64,000 bases of DNA from Macrostomum lignano (taxonomy: Eukaryota): NCBI GenBank assembly GCA_002269645.1, contig NIVC01000382.1, positions 186,001 to 250,000 on the forward strand. Direction: 5' to 3'. Under the pieces are notes generated by a model. That model was not told where the DNA came from and ran no database searches. It was given only the letters and a program-made list of their open reading frames with translations. A program made the position numbers and the translations under genes. This document shows positions 24,485 through 37,279 of this stretch, one piece after another (the stretch's first letter is position 1; each line of letters starts with the position of its first letter).

Positions 24485-27005
24485 TCAGTGCAGCTAATCT
24501 CAGCTCTAGTCCGATGCCTCCACGTCTCTCTTCACTGCAGCTGTATGAACAGGCTTTAGGGGCTTTGGACATAGACGAATTCTCAAGGCAGCGGGCACAC
24601 AACGACATTCCGTGCCCGCTGTTTTAGTCTATGGCCAATCGTGAAACTAAGAAGCCCGAGGATTCCGCTCATTCCTGCCCTCAAATCCATAGTCAGAACA
24701 ATCAGTTGGCTCTTATTTATTTCATCTCTCAAACGCTCCTCCTCCTCCTTTCTTGCTCTTTAGCTCGGCTAGTCAACGCATACACACAAGCGGTCTGTAG
24801 CAGCTTTTTGAGCCATAGACATATGGCGCAGCTTGCGGACTTTAGCCGCTGCCCACAGCCAACAATCACCATGCTAAAAGGGAAAAAACATAAACGTAAT
24901 ACACTGTGTACATGGAGAAAAGTAGCTAGCCAGTAGGAGCTGGTGAAGTAGCACCGCCGTTAGATTCTACAATGAAATTAAATATCCTACAAGCAACAAA
25001 TAAAACTGCAGGCATAAGTCATTTGAAATTGCGCGAAAAGGGATAGGCTTTTTGCATTATGATACCGTGCTACCGTATCATATATCATGATATTCCGGTC
25101 AAAACTGGCCCTTTTTTACGTGATATATACGGCCAAAAGTGTATATACGGGTGTTTTATATTACAAGGCCTAGTATGTAATTGTTGACGGTGACTTCGTC
25201 TGCTAATTTTCATGTAGAGTCATTTCGTCGGCCAATTTGTTCACTTCGTCTACCATGAATTTTTCACATCTAAAATTCATGCTGATACATATAGTATTAA
25301 GTTGCGGCACTCGGAACTCATAGTATGAGCAATTTTAATCCAATACAGTATTAATTTGTTATAAATATTATTTGCAATAAATTTGAATACATAATTAAAC
25401 GCGGCATTCAGTGCACTTTTCAGTCGAGTCATATGCACCTAGATATCAATTGTACTGATTCAAAAATTTCGGCCTTTCCTTAAGGTTACAACTATAATTT
25501 ATACAAGTGGCGTAGTAACAACCCAACTTGAAACTTTAGTCTATGTCGGTGTGTGTTATGCTCACTCGCTAACCCTGGTAGTGTTACGCTCCTTCCCGAG
25601 TTCTTGATTATGTACCTAAATTTGAACTCGCTGCTCCGGAAGTAGCTAGATAGTACCGTTGTACTACCTATCGATTTGCCTGTGAAAGCCTAAAACGTTA
25701 GCCTTAGACTCTGTAGGGTTGCTGCCACCTTGGTTTGCGGACTCGACGCGTCGGCAGAGTTGTCTATCCGTAACCTGAAATAAAATAACGAAATCGCTCG
25801 GAGCAAGGCAAATCTGAAAATGTCTCGACAGTTGATCATTCCTACGATTGCTGCTCGAACCTGCAAAACCTGAAATCGTGAAAAGAGAGAGGAGTGCTCG
25901 GAGGCAGAGAGGCAGCTCCGGACAAGCGCGGCGGCACGAATCGCGAGGTCTGGGGAAAAACGGTTCCCAGCTGCTCTGTATTTATAGCCGAGCGGACCCC
26001 CAAAAGTCACGTGAGTTTCATGCGGTGAGCGCGTGAATCTTCCTTATTTGGTCCTCCGAGTCACGCAAGAGGTGCGTGACTCAAGGCCAACCTCCAAATA
26101 AGGTAGCCCTGTCACGCCGCCGTAGCGTGACTCAAGGTCAGCTGCCAAGCACAACTAGCGTGCAGTCACGTGCTTATTCTGTGCTAAAATAGATTTGGGC
26201 GGATGAGTCATCCTGTTTACTCCCTCTAGGCAGCCTTTACACTCAGGGAAGGTGATGAGGAATCCTGCTATGCCTCAGCTGGAGTGGGAAAGTGGGAAGA
26301 CATTGAGTGTGGCTGCCCGCGCCTGCCCGGGCGATGAGTCATCGGGCAGTAAACACTCAGGCCCAGCACAGGGTAGCTCTCTCTAGGTCAGGTGGACTGA
26401 ACTGCTGTGCAGCGGAACACAGAGCTCTTAAGGAAAGCCAGTGGATCCTGCTCAAATAGCCAGTTAGCAGCCAGTCACTACAGTAGCATGAAGATTTGTA
26501 AGTGCTATGATTTGCATTGTTCACTAATGCAAAATTTATTGTGTTTGGTATGCATATTAAGTACAAAAATTGTTTCAAAGATAACTTATACAATTTCTAT
26601 TTAAACAAGTAAATTACGTATGTTTGCTTAAACTCATATTAACAGGCCGTTCACTGCAGACCGCGAAAATTCTAGGACCCGCGTTCGATTTGTCTGCTAG
26701 AAAAAGTTGTTTCGTCTGCCAGCAGACGAAAAGGCAGCAGACGAAATCACTGCAAACTGTATTTAGCTAAGGTTTATGTAATAAAAGTAAAGATAACTTA
26801 TAAGTGACAATTTGACAATTTGTTTGACATTAAAGAAACACAAATGAAATTATGATTATTAATACTAACCCAAGGACGACCAGGGGCGTAGCCTAAGGCG
26901 GATCGAGGACGTGGAGGGAGGACAAATTTTTACAGCTTTTTTGCTCCCATCTGCTTTCAATGAGATAAATTCATGTCTCCGCCCACTCCCCTCTAGCGGT
27001 AATCC

Positions 27006-30000
27006 CATGGATGAATAATATAACTGGATCGCCAGAAGCTCGATTTTTTTGGTCCTAGCCATAGACAAGCACCAGCATCACAAGAAGCTCAAAATGCCGT
27101 ACTTCACACATAGACAAATAGCCGCTGCAGAAGCTGCAAACCTTTATTTATAAGAATACTTAGTAGGATAAGTGAAAATATTCCAAATGTGAAGGCAAGC
27201 AAAGAAGAAAACGAATATGTAAAGGAATTAATACAAACAGACACGAAAGTAGGCAAGTAAGCAAACAAGCACGTAGACAGACAGCAAACAAACAAACAAT
27301 AAAAGGCGAAAACAAACAGCCAAATGAGTTGCAAGCAAACCGCGCAAGACAAATGAGAGTCAAGGAAGGACAATAAATTCAAGGCGTCACCCGCACAATG
27401 CTAATTTGAAGTCACTGACCCATGAAAATAATTTTTTTTGTTAGCATCTGACGCACAGTTGTTGTGTTCACAGCGTTAAGCCTCCGAAGTACATGCCGCA
27501 ACCTAATGCAAAGATATTTCTTATAAATCGCCTGCACTAGAAAATATTGATGGTTTTCTTCGGGTGCTCCATTGCTGCAAACGTGAGCGAAGAGTGACAA
27601 CTCGATACCCTGTTGGATGCAGATTGGAAGTATACGATCGAGTATGTCTAGAGACAGTTCGTCAGTTCTGACTCCTTTCACAGCCGACTCGCAAATGTTC
27701 GCCAGTCGGCAAAGTGATGCTGATGGTCGAAAAAGACGACCGCGATCTTTGAGAGTAGTAAGCAGGTTGGTGTGCATCTCGCAATGAAGAGATGCCTTGC
27801 AGTTTTCGCAGGACAGTCTGTTTGTAAGCCATCTGCCAATGAATCCAGCGATGTAACAGCCGACATTCTGGCTAATGAAGCTGAGTGCTAATTGCGGTGG
27901 ATCTTCGATTTCATCTTGTACGCTGGAAGAAGCAGAGGTGGAGAGTCCAGGCGGAGGTGAAATCTGTGTCGAGAGGGACCAGTGCCCGACAGATCCAGTC
28001 CTGTGCGCCAAAATCGCCCGATAAGCGTACCTGAACTGCTGAACGTTCGGATTGTTATTAAAACCACCTCTCTGACGAATCTCACCAAAGAAGTGTTCCA
28101 GCGGGTCTTGGCATAAACGGTACGTCAGGAGGTACTTAAAGCAATCAGATGGCTGATAGAAAATGTACTGAAGTAACAGCTTCAGGGCTGTGATATTGTT
28201 GCAATATCCTACAGCCCATGTTTTTCGCCGACTCTCAATCAGCGGTACGCCATTAATCGTGTAGAGGCTGCGAATGTAGTCGCGCGCCTCATCGAGAAAC
28301 GCGAATGTGGTCGAAAGGCTTGCTTGCGACTTCCAAATGGGACCTTTCCAGCCTGACGCCGACCGAGTCCTGCAAAAAACGGATGAAAATTTAAAGGCCA
28401 TGATTGCGCGTCTTTATGCTATTTTGGTTTAATATACCGGCTCACCTCGAGTTGAAGATGTCGAACAGATGGTCCATCAATGCAATAAAGAGGACCGTTT
28501 CATCACAATTTTGGAAATCCGAAACTCCAAGCTCCTTTAGGAATGTGAGAGCGTCAGCGACGGACGAACTGATTGTGCAGCCAAGCAGACCTTCATCTTG
28601 TGTCGCTGCCACAATTAAATGCATTTCTTTGTCAGCCGATTTCCGATTCGAACCCCCTCAGCTTCTTGCAGATTGTGCAATAGTTCCAGATAGTGCCAGT
28701 TGATGATGCGATCGTGAACAACGAATACTCCCACATCGGCCAGCGAATTGCGCACCAACTTTATCAAATGACTGTTGTCAATGAATGCGAATATGCGATC
28801 TGGTTGCGAACCGATTTGGAAATAAGGACTAGACGGCAGCTCAGCTCCAAGTTTCCTGTACGTCGCAAGGTTCGCAGAGCAACCGTCCGACACGAGCGCG
28901 CGTACAACGACACCCTCATCGTTCAGTGCTCTAATAGTACGCGTCAAAAGCTCCACTTGTTGAACCGGGGATGTTGCAGCGGCCAAAATGTACGCAACTG
29001 GCACTTCCCACGGGCGCTGAAGATGGCAGGCCATGACAACGATTGCCTCAGACGCAAGTTTGTGACCTAGATTTTCATGGATCCCGGAGTCACAATAGCC
29101 GACCACTCTTCCTTCGCTAGCTTCCGAACACAACTCCTTTCGAAGATGCATGCCATCAATGACTAGAGTCCAGTCGTTGCAAGCGACGCCATCGAAGATC
29201 TGTTTCGATAGGGCTCCAACCTTCTTGACTCCAGCAATGGAAATGCCTGGCCTGCCATCCACTGCTCCAATCCAAGACCGCAAGGTTGACGGCGAAGGGA
29301 GGTGCATGAATTTTCTCAACTCTCGATATGCTTTTGGAGAGCAGAAGTTGATCCTCTCGGCGAAGTCTTTGACGTGGTTATTGAAACCACCTGTGGTATT
29401 TCGTGGTCCTAAAGAAAACAGCTTGAGACCTTCAGAAGTCAACATTTGCTTTACATGTTTTAAGGTCGCTTCGGTACTTTTCCATTTTGCAACGCGTGGA
29501 CCAAAAGTCTTAATCGTGCGCTTCTTGTGCTTCAGCCGCATCAACAGGCGCTGTCGGGTGTTTGGTGGTGGGTCAACTGATGTGCGTGTGGTTGCCGCGC
29601 TGCAACTGACAGGCATCGGCATCTCAAACTCAGTCTCCAGTAGCTTCGTTTGCATAAGAGTTTGGATCGTGGAAGTCAGTGAGCTCTTGCGGTTCAAGCT
29701 TAGTCCACTTAAGCTTCGGAACTGCGCCAGTCATCAGTTGCTTGCTCCTCCCATGAGCCTGCATGTCTCGCGGTTCGAAGTGCAGCTCACAAAGGAACTT
29801 ACGAGCTCCGAATTTGAAATGTGGCTTTGCTTGCACATTGCTGTTCCACTGCGCTAGTCGATAGGGATCACTGATTAAATAAGAAAAAAGGGTGACAGGT
29901 TTCGTGCCTTGTCCACTTTTGGATAGGCATCCGATTGCAGCACAAATTCTGACGTCCTTATTCATCTCGCGAAGCCATCTTTTGCCGCCCTGCATATATT

Positions 30001-30181
30001 GCGAGCATGTGCTTGGACATAAAATAGAATACTTATAAATAAAGGTTTGCAGCTTCTGCAGCGGCTATTTGTCTATGTGTGAAAGTACGGCATTCTGAGC
30101 TTCTTGTGATGCTGGTGCTTGTCTATGGATAGGACCAAAAAAATCGAGCTTCTGGCGATCCAGCTATATTATTCATCCATG
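27006..30181 (-). mobile_element. Full-length P-superfamily DNA transposon, about 150-bp TIRs, 8-bp TSD
   Basis: TIRs begin CATGGATGAATAATATA (about 27006-27155 and 30030-30181). TSD GGTAATCC / GTTAATCC. Confidence 0.93.
27412..29995 (-). pseudogene. THAP9/P-element transposase with frameshifts and stops
   Basis: THAP C2CH domain with AVP; LPSPSTLRSW; LVIDGM and LVSDG catalytic regions; KMKVCLAAQ GTP-binding region; YLLTYRLCQDPLEHFFGEIRQRGGFNNNP. Confidence 0.92.
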
Positions 30182-31904
30182 GTTAATCCTGGCTACGCGC
30201 CTGGGGACGTCAATAGGCAGGGCAGTCACACCAACAATGAAAAGCAAGTCAATAATTAGTACTTGGAATAGACGACTTGTAAATTGTGAATACTAACTAA
30301 TGAAATAAAGTCATCAAGTCAAAAAGTGCAAAAGTCTACTGGATCTCGCGTCAATTCAGCTCGAACACCACTGGCAAGCCGAATGGGCATTTGTGCAAAG
30401 TATGCCTCATGGAAGCAACGGAAAATGCAGACATGGCGCACATGGTAGAAGCGACATTGTAGCTTCCGTTTTGTAAGCCTGGTGCTGGACTACTTGTCTT
30501 AAGAAGTGCCAGTGGGATACGAAAATGTTCAGCGTGTTATATATAGTACTAGCCGCTCTCCTGCGACTGAAGCTAAAAATACCATTCGGTGCAGAAAACC
30601 GGCGCACTGCATCAAGCGTGATGAGACGAGTTCAAGACAGAATTCTTCATTGTTCTCCCAGTAGTGCGAATTACCATTACCAGCAGAAGCAGAAGTAGAC
30701 TGCACACTAGCGGCTGGCTGCAGTCACACAAAGGCATTCAGCTGAGCAGATGCAGCAGGCTGAACACCATCGGCTGGCTGCTCGCGCACAAAGGCATCTG
30801 CTGAGCAGATGCAGCAGGCAGTGACTCTGAAGTTCAAGTCCTGCAGCCTGCAGCTATCTTCAGGACTCGTCAGTGTCAACGGACTTTGTTGCCGCTTATT
30901 CAATACCGGAGTACAATTTTGCCCTAAGAGACTTTTTCGTTTCTTTCCTTTTCTTTTGCTGGTAGGGCAACGAGGCAGCGCGCGAGGTAGTTTAACGATG
31001 TTGCCTGCAGAGCATGTGCTTGTAGCGTTCGTAGAATTTCTGAATCAATCGATATAAGCTATCAATTTTTACCTTCGCGCTTCTGCCAGTTGAAGCGGCT
31101 TTTTCCTTTTCTTCCCCACTTGTTGCTAGCTTGATCATTTCGCTTGCAAGATCCACAGGTGACCGTTTCTTTGCTGTTATCCTTGTTTCTTGGGCGATCG
31201 TTCTTGGGCCTGTTGCCAAGCAGATTCGACTCCTGCTTCTTCCAGTACCCAATTGGACGCATGCTCCTTGTAGATGTCGGCGCGATCCTGAAAATCAGAA
31301 AGGAATTTGCGTGCCATTTGCATGGACGCCGAACGATAACAGATAGTTTAGAGTTACTCTATCTCTGGGCTCTAACTGGGTCTAGGCCAGCTGTTTTGCT
31401 TGCCTCCGCATTTAAAGCTAGTAAAACTATAGTAGATATAAATGAAGTACTTACAACGATCCAATTAGTGATTGCAGAACTGAGCAAGCTCTACTGCTTG
31501 GAGTATGCCTTCAAGCGGTCGTTGAAAATCTCTTCGTTCTCGGAACTTAGAATGGCAGGTCTGTCAGCACAAGGCGCCGGACCGAACAAGTCAGGCTTGA
31601 CGCTGTGTCGAGCAACACTGGACAAATGGGAGGGCTGAATAAGTGCGCGTGATTATTGCGCGCATGTGTTTTTGGTAAGTGTGGAAATAAGCGCGCACAG
31701 GCACAAGCGCGCAAAAACCACAGCGAATTTACCGCGAAGGCAAAATTTTTACGGCTGAGATATAAGTGCGCAGGCAATTTTTACGACTTTCCAGCACAAA
31801 GTCACGAAGCTGATGGTCCGGCACAAAGTCAGGAAGCTTTTTTTGTCAATATTTATTTTTCAAAAAGTTATAATGTTCAGACTTCCAATCCAACTACAGT
31901 ATAC

Positions 31905-32385
31905 TAAATCTCTAAGATCTGTTTGTCTGTCTGAAACGCTCTAGAGAGTGCAATTCTTGACCAATTTTGATCGCGTTTTCGCCCAAAGATTTAAAATTGT
32001 CTGGAAAGAAGACAGTTAAAATCTCTTCAATCTGCTTTAATGCTAAAGGGATTAAATATTCGAAAAACTGTTTTAAATGGGCGAATTCAATTTATTTTTT
32101 ATCAACCTTCTTTAAGAATTTTTATGATCGCGTCAGAGCCAATTGAAAAGAAAACTCACTGTGAACCACTGCTAATAGAATTACTCTAAATTCAAAAAAA
32201 ATTCTGGATGCTAGCAGACAGCTCTAAATGTCTAAGATCAGTTTAACGCTCTACAGACTGCAATTATTGACCAATTTTTATCGCTTTTTCGCCACAAGAT
32301 TCGTAATTATCTGCGAAGAAGACAGTTAAAATTTCTTGTATCGGCTTCAATGTTAAAGGTATTAAATATTCGAAAATCGAGTTTT
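31905..32385. repeat. About 320-bp-period diverged tandem duplication of a Helitron/DINE-like non-autonomous repeat; related sequence near 2050-2200 in reverse
   Basis: Two copies of TAAAT.TCTAAGATC...ATTAAATATTCGAAAA with a GTCT microsatellite. Family assignment is by resemblance only. Confidence 0.5.
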
Positions 32386-33529
32386 CCCTATGCTTTTATT
32401 GGAAGGCCAAGCAAAGTTGAATTCTTGACTAGCTGAATTCCAATTCTAATTATGATTGCGCCACAACTGCGTACTGCATAAACTGACTCTGAGCTTTTTA
32501 GGTAAAGTCAGTGTGCCAAGCTTTGCGCAGGCACTCTTAATGGAGAGAGAAATCAGCCAGTGCATTTTAAAAGTATTGAAATTAAATAATGCTCAGTGGC
32601 TGCGTGTTTGCATTCTTTTGACCCTGGCTGAATGGCGGACTGCATAGACAATTGCTATTTATAGATTTCTCTTAACTTTGCATTGGCTCTGCCAGCACGA
32701 AACATGTGCACACTGGGCAACCTATCACTGCTATTGTTGTGTAATGCGAAATCTCCGGGGGGCGGCTCGTGATCCTCGAGCAGCTACGGCCTCCTAAGAC
32801 TAATACCAGAGTAGACCGAGCTGCCGGTGTCGGGCGGTGCGTACTATCGCTTCTCGTTCCTAGCCAGCAGCTCGTCCCTACGGCAGTACCCGATACAGTA
32901 TGTCCCGTACCGAACAATGAACAACACAACGAGACTCAAGAAGTTCTTACTGAGGAATGAACACGGCGGGAGCGGCGGCGAAGGACTAGCCGGTAGCGCG
33001 GATTCTCAGACGTTGCGTACCCGTAGGGGCGTCTCGGTTCTAATCGATATGGGCAGTGGAATCTCAGAGCTGAGTTGAGTTAGAAGGTAGCAGCCACAGT
33101 TGGTCCCTCACCGCCGCTACACCGCGCTAAATATATATTTGGGTTGACCGGCTAGGCCGCGGGGTATCGCCTCCCCGCGCCCACCCGACCAGCCACACAA
33201 CCAGCTTAGCACATTACAGCGAGAAAGCTGCTGATTGGCCGGCGCGTGAGAGAGGCGACCCGTACCAATCAGCAGCTGCGCAAGAGACGGAGAACTTGGC
33301 GGGGGGACGCGCTGAGAGGGGTGGCGCAGCCAGCCAAAGCCGGCTGGCTCAGACAGACTGGGGTGGGTGGTGCATAAACAACTGAGGAGGGAAAGTGCAG
33401 TGCCCCAGTGCGCCAGTCAACTGCAAGCCTGAGATCGCTAGGCAGTGAACACTACGGCACAACACTATGTATTTGACTGCAGTTCCGAAGAATATATGGC
33501 TGATTTTTGCGCCCTCCCATCAGTAGGCG

Positions 33530-33610
33530 GAATAGCCGCAGTGTAGGCACTAGGACTAGGTTTAGGCTAGGCGTAAGGTCCATGGTTCGAGTCTGCCTCC
33601 CCGGCGGATA
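33530..33610 (+). mobile_element. tRNA-derived SINE-like head (A-box and B-box)
   Basis: TAGCCGCAGTG... and GGTTCGAGTC (33584-33593); no clean cloverleaf. Confidence 0.35.
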
Positions 33611-34759
33611 ATTAAAATTAAATAAGTTAATTCATTTATACCTTGTGCCTCGACTAATCGGGATATTTTTGATTAATTAGCAAGCCACACTTAAAGAATT
33701 ATTTTTGCTATTCGGCAAAAGCTGCTAAGCAAATTTGATTTGTAAAAAACTACTTCGTGTATTACTGATCCCAAATTGCAGACGATGCTACTAAACAGCT
33801 AAACTGCTGAAGGTATTGCTAAATGCATAGCTGCGCAAAAGACTACCGATATGTATCGAAAACTGATTAGTGAGCCGTACTAAATGCTGAGCAATTTTTT
33901 AGATTATTGGAAGGATCATCGCTGAAAAGATTGAGGAGCCGGCCGAGAGGAAAACTGCAGATGCTGAGGGGAACTGCAGATTGTCGAAGGGATCATTCAT
34001 GCAGACTGCAAAAGGGAAAATTGAAAAAAAAACTGCTGATGTAGTAATGTAGTTTCTCCAGACTTATGAGTGTATAGCTGCAAACTGCTGAGGGGATAGC
34101 TATCTACAGAGTTTTAAGTGGATAATAACTGTGAAGAATTAAGTGCAAGTTGTTTAGGGGACAAGCTGTAAACTGCTGAGGCAGTTTCTCAAGACTTATG
34201 AGCGTATAGCTGCAAACTGCTGAGTGGATAACTGCGGACTAATTGAGGGGCAGACTTCTGAGGATAATAACTATCTACAGAGTTTTGAGCGGATAATAAC
34301 TTAAGGATCAATTTCAGTTTGTTGGGGGAATTACTGCGGACTGCTTAGTGAATTATTTTTGCTTGCTGAGGGGACAATTCTAGCTCTAATTCTAATGCTG
34401 AGGTTACAAATGCTTAATGTTGATAAAAGTTGTATTGACTGCAAAGTGGATAAATGCAGGCCGCTAAGAGATAACTGCAGTCTGTTTTGCGGGATTAGAT
34501 GAAGGGATTATTTCAGGTTGTTGTCGTTATAACTGCCGATTTCTGAGGCTTAACTTCAAACTGCTGAACTTACTAAACCTCCTGAAATGCTAAACTTCTT
34601 AAATAGCAAATGGTTTATTTCGACTATCTGTCAATCGGCTCAATAACCGCAGTAGGCAGGCAGTAACAGGTATAGACTGAGGGTTGGCAGTTCGAGTCTG
34701 CATTGGAGCAAAGAATTTATCTTTGTGATCTGTGACAACAATGATTGTCACAGGTCAGT

Positions 34760-35000
34760 GGTGAACCATAGCTAAACTGCTGGTGAAGCATTGCTGAACT
34801 GCTGGTAAACGATTGCTAAACTGCTGGTGAAGCATTGCTAAACTTCGGGTGAACCATTGCTAAACTACTGGTGAACCATTGCTAAAATGCTGGTGAACCA
34901 TTGCTAAACTGCTGGGGAACCATTGCTAAAATGCTGGTAAACCATTGCTAAACTGCTGGTGAACCATTACTAAACCGCTGGTAAACTAATTGCTAAAGTG
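34760..35000. repeat. 22-bp minisatellite (GCTAAACTGCTGGTGAACCATT)
   Basis: Period measured from 34771 to 34793. Confidence 0.9.
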
Positions 35001-35099
35001 GTGATGAACCATTCCATTGTTTAAGAAAGGCCACCTTTAAAAAGAAGAAAACAGCGAAAAAATAGCGAAAAAAGAATCACCATGTTAACTATAACAGAA

Positions 35100-37150
35100 G
35101 CGCTCTGTCAAACATAAAAGACTCATTGGCAATTGCTAAATGTCAAGGCTCATGATAGACATTCTTAGATGTCTGAGAAGGCTCAGGGGGAATTGCTATA
35201 ATGATGTGATTCTGGGGAGAATTGCTATGATTTCAAGGTTCATTTGGGAAATTGCTGAGATATCAAGGCTCAATAAAAATTCCTTTTTTTTATTCCCAAT
35301 AAAAATTCCTGACAGCTTTGCTGTCAAGTCTCATGGAGATAACTACAAGTACTGGAATGCTGCGACCGTTAGAGGAATTGCCGACATTGTAAGGGAAAGA
35401 GTAAGACGTAAACCATAAATGAATTGCATGGCTTGTCAAACATTTAAGACTCATTGGGGAGTTGCTAGGATGTCAAGGCTCATGGGGGGTATCTGAATTA
35501 TAATGTGGCTCAATGCTCAGGGGAAATTGTTGTGATTGCAACACATAGGGATATTTCCGAAATTTTGTGGCTCAAATAGGAGTTGCTGAGATATCAAGGC
35601 TCATTATGGAATCGCTGAGATTTCAAAGCTCACGGGGGATTCCTGTAATGCTGTAGACTGTGACTCTTGGGTATTGCTGAGATGCTAAGGTTCACAGGGG
35701 AATGGCTGAGATTTCAAAGCTCACGGGGGATCTCTGTAATGTTTTAGGCTGTGACTCTTGGGTATTGCTGAGATGCTAAGGTTCACAGAGGAATGGAATA
35801 GCTGAAATTCACGAAATTTCAAGGTCAATTGGGTATTTGTTGAAATGTTGTGGTTCATGGTGGGAATAGCTGAAATGCTGTGACTTGGCAGGGTTAAGCT
35901 TCAGGTATAAGACCCGCGTGAAAGTGCTAAAATATCAAAAGGTTAGTCTCTCAATTTTTTGGCTCATGGGAAATTGCTAAGATTTTAGAAGCTCATTGGG
36001 AAATTACTGAAATTCTTGGGCTGAGAGGGAGTTGCTGAAATGCTGCGACTCGGCTGCAGGTTAAGGGTTAGGGTTTCGGTTTAATTATAGAGCGATCATC
36101 GTGTCAATCATAAATGATTCATCAAGGAATTGCTAAGATTAAAGGCTCTTGGGGCGAATTACGAGTACTTAAATGCTTTGGCTCTTTTGAGAATTGCTGA
36201 CAGGTAAAGGCTTTCGGTGAAATTTCGATTTCAAAGCTTATGAGGAAGTTACTTAAATGCTCATGCTCAAGGCTCAGGGGGAGATTGCTACCATGCCAAG
36301 ACTCACTTATGGGTTAGGGTTAGGGGCTTAGGGTCAGTTTCGGTTCAATCATAGAATAACCGCTGTCTACCATCAATTAGACTTACTAAGATGGGAATTG
36401 CTAAGATTTCAAGGCTCATGGGGGGAATCGCTGAGTTGACAAGGCTCATGAAGAAATTGCTGAGTTATCAAGGCTCATATGGGGATTGCTGAATTGTTGG
36501 GCAGAGGGGAGTTGGGTTGTTGGGATGTCAAGGCTTACTGAGCTGGGAGAATTGTGTAGATGTCAATGATCGAGTTTAATTGCTGCGATGTCGATGCTTA
36601 CTGAGGGAATTTCTGAGATTTCAAGGCTTACTGAGGGAATTATTGAGATTTTAAGGTTTACTGGGGGAATCGCTGAGATGTCAAGGCTTATTGAGGGAAT
36701 TGCTGAGATAGCAAGTCTTACTAAGGGATTTTCTGAGATTTGAAGGCTTACTGAGGAAACTGTTGAGATGTCAATGCTTAATAAAGGAATTTCTGAGATG
36801 TCAAGGCTTACTGGGGGAATTGCTGAGATTTCAAGGCTCGAGTTTAATTGCTGCGATGTCAATGCTTAATAAGGGAATTACTGAGATTTCAAGGCTTACT
36901 GGGGGAATTGCTGAGATTTCAAGGCTTAACTGGGAGAATTGCTGAGATTTCAAGGCTTGCTGAAGAAAATGCTGAGATTTCAAGGCTTAATGGAGTAATT
37001 GCTGAGATTTCAAGGCTTATTGGGGAAATTACTGAGATGTCAAGGCTTGAGTTTAATTGCTGCGATGTAAGGGAATTTCTGAGATGTCAAGGCCTACTGA
37101 GGAAATTGTTAAGATATCAAGGCTCATGGGAGATGGCTGAATTGTTGGGG
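35100..37150. repeat. Degenerate 33-bp satellite (GGAATTGCTGAGATTTCAAGGCTTACTG...)
   Basis: 11-aa periodicity in the shadow ORFs 36563..37162; most homogeneous at 36560-37130. Confidence 0.88.
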
Positions 37151-37279
37151 GGAGGGGGTTAGATATTTGAGCGATTGTCAGATAGTCAAGTAGTACGGCT
37201 CAAGTAGCTCATTTAATTTAGATAATGAAATAGTACACACAAGTGGTGTTGATTTCTTCTAATAGAAAATACCAGCGTA

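Larger units (their letters stand above)
26881..30203. mobile_element. Short hAT-like MITE (about 140 bp net) interrupted by the P element
   Basis: TIR CAGGGGCGTAGCC (26881) and GGCTACGCGCCTG (to 30203); flanking 8-mers AGGACGAC and GGGACGTC (6/8 match). Confidence 0.65.

Noticed and set aside
25582-26370. Solo LTR (TGTTACG start, TATA and AP-1 sites)
   Set aside because: No matching right terminus with a clean TSD could be found; left unassigned.
30990-31640. Spliced gene remnant on the minus strand
   Set aside because: Splice-like signals are present but there is no coherent frame or recognisable family.
32660-33400. LTR-like or promoter-like GC-rich segment with TATA and CCAAT
   Set aside because: No termini, TSD or associated coding sequence could be identified.
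36563-37162. 11-aa repeat ORFs (LRR- or pentapeptide-like)
   Set aside because: They arise from the 33-bp satellite and open on both strands.
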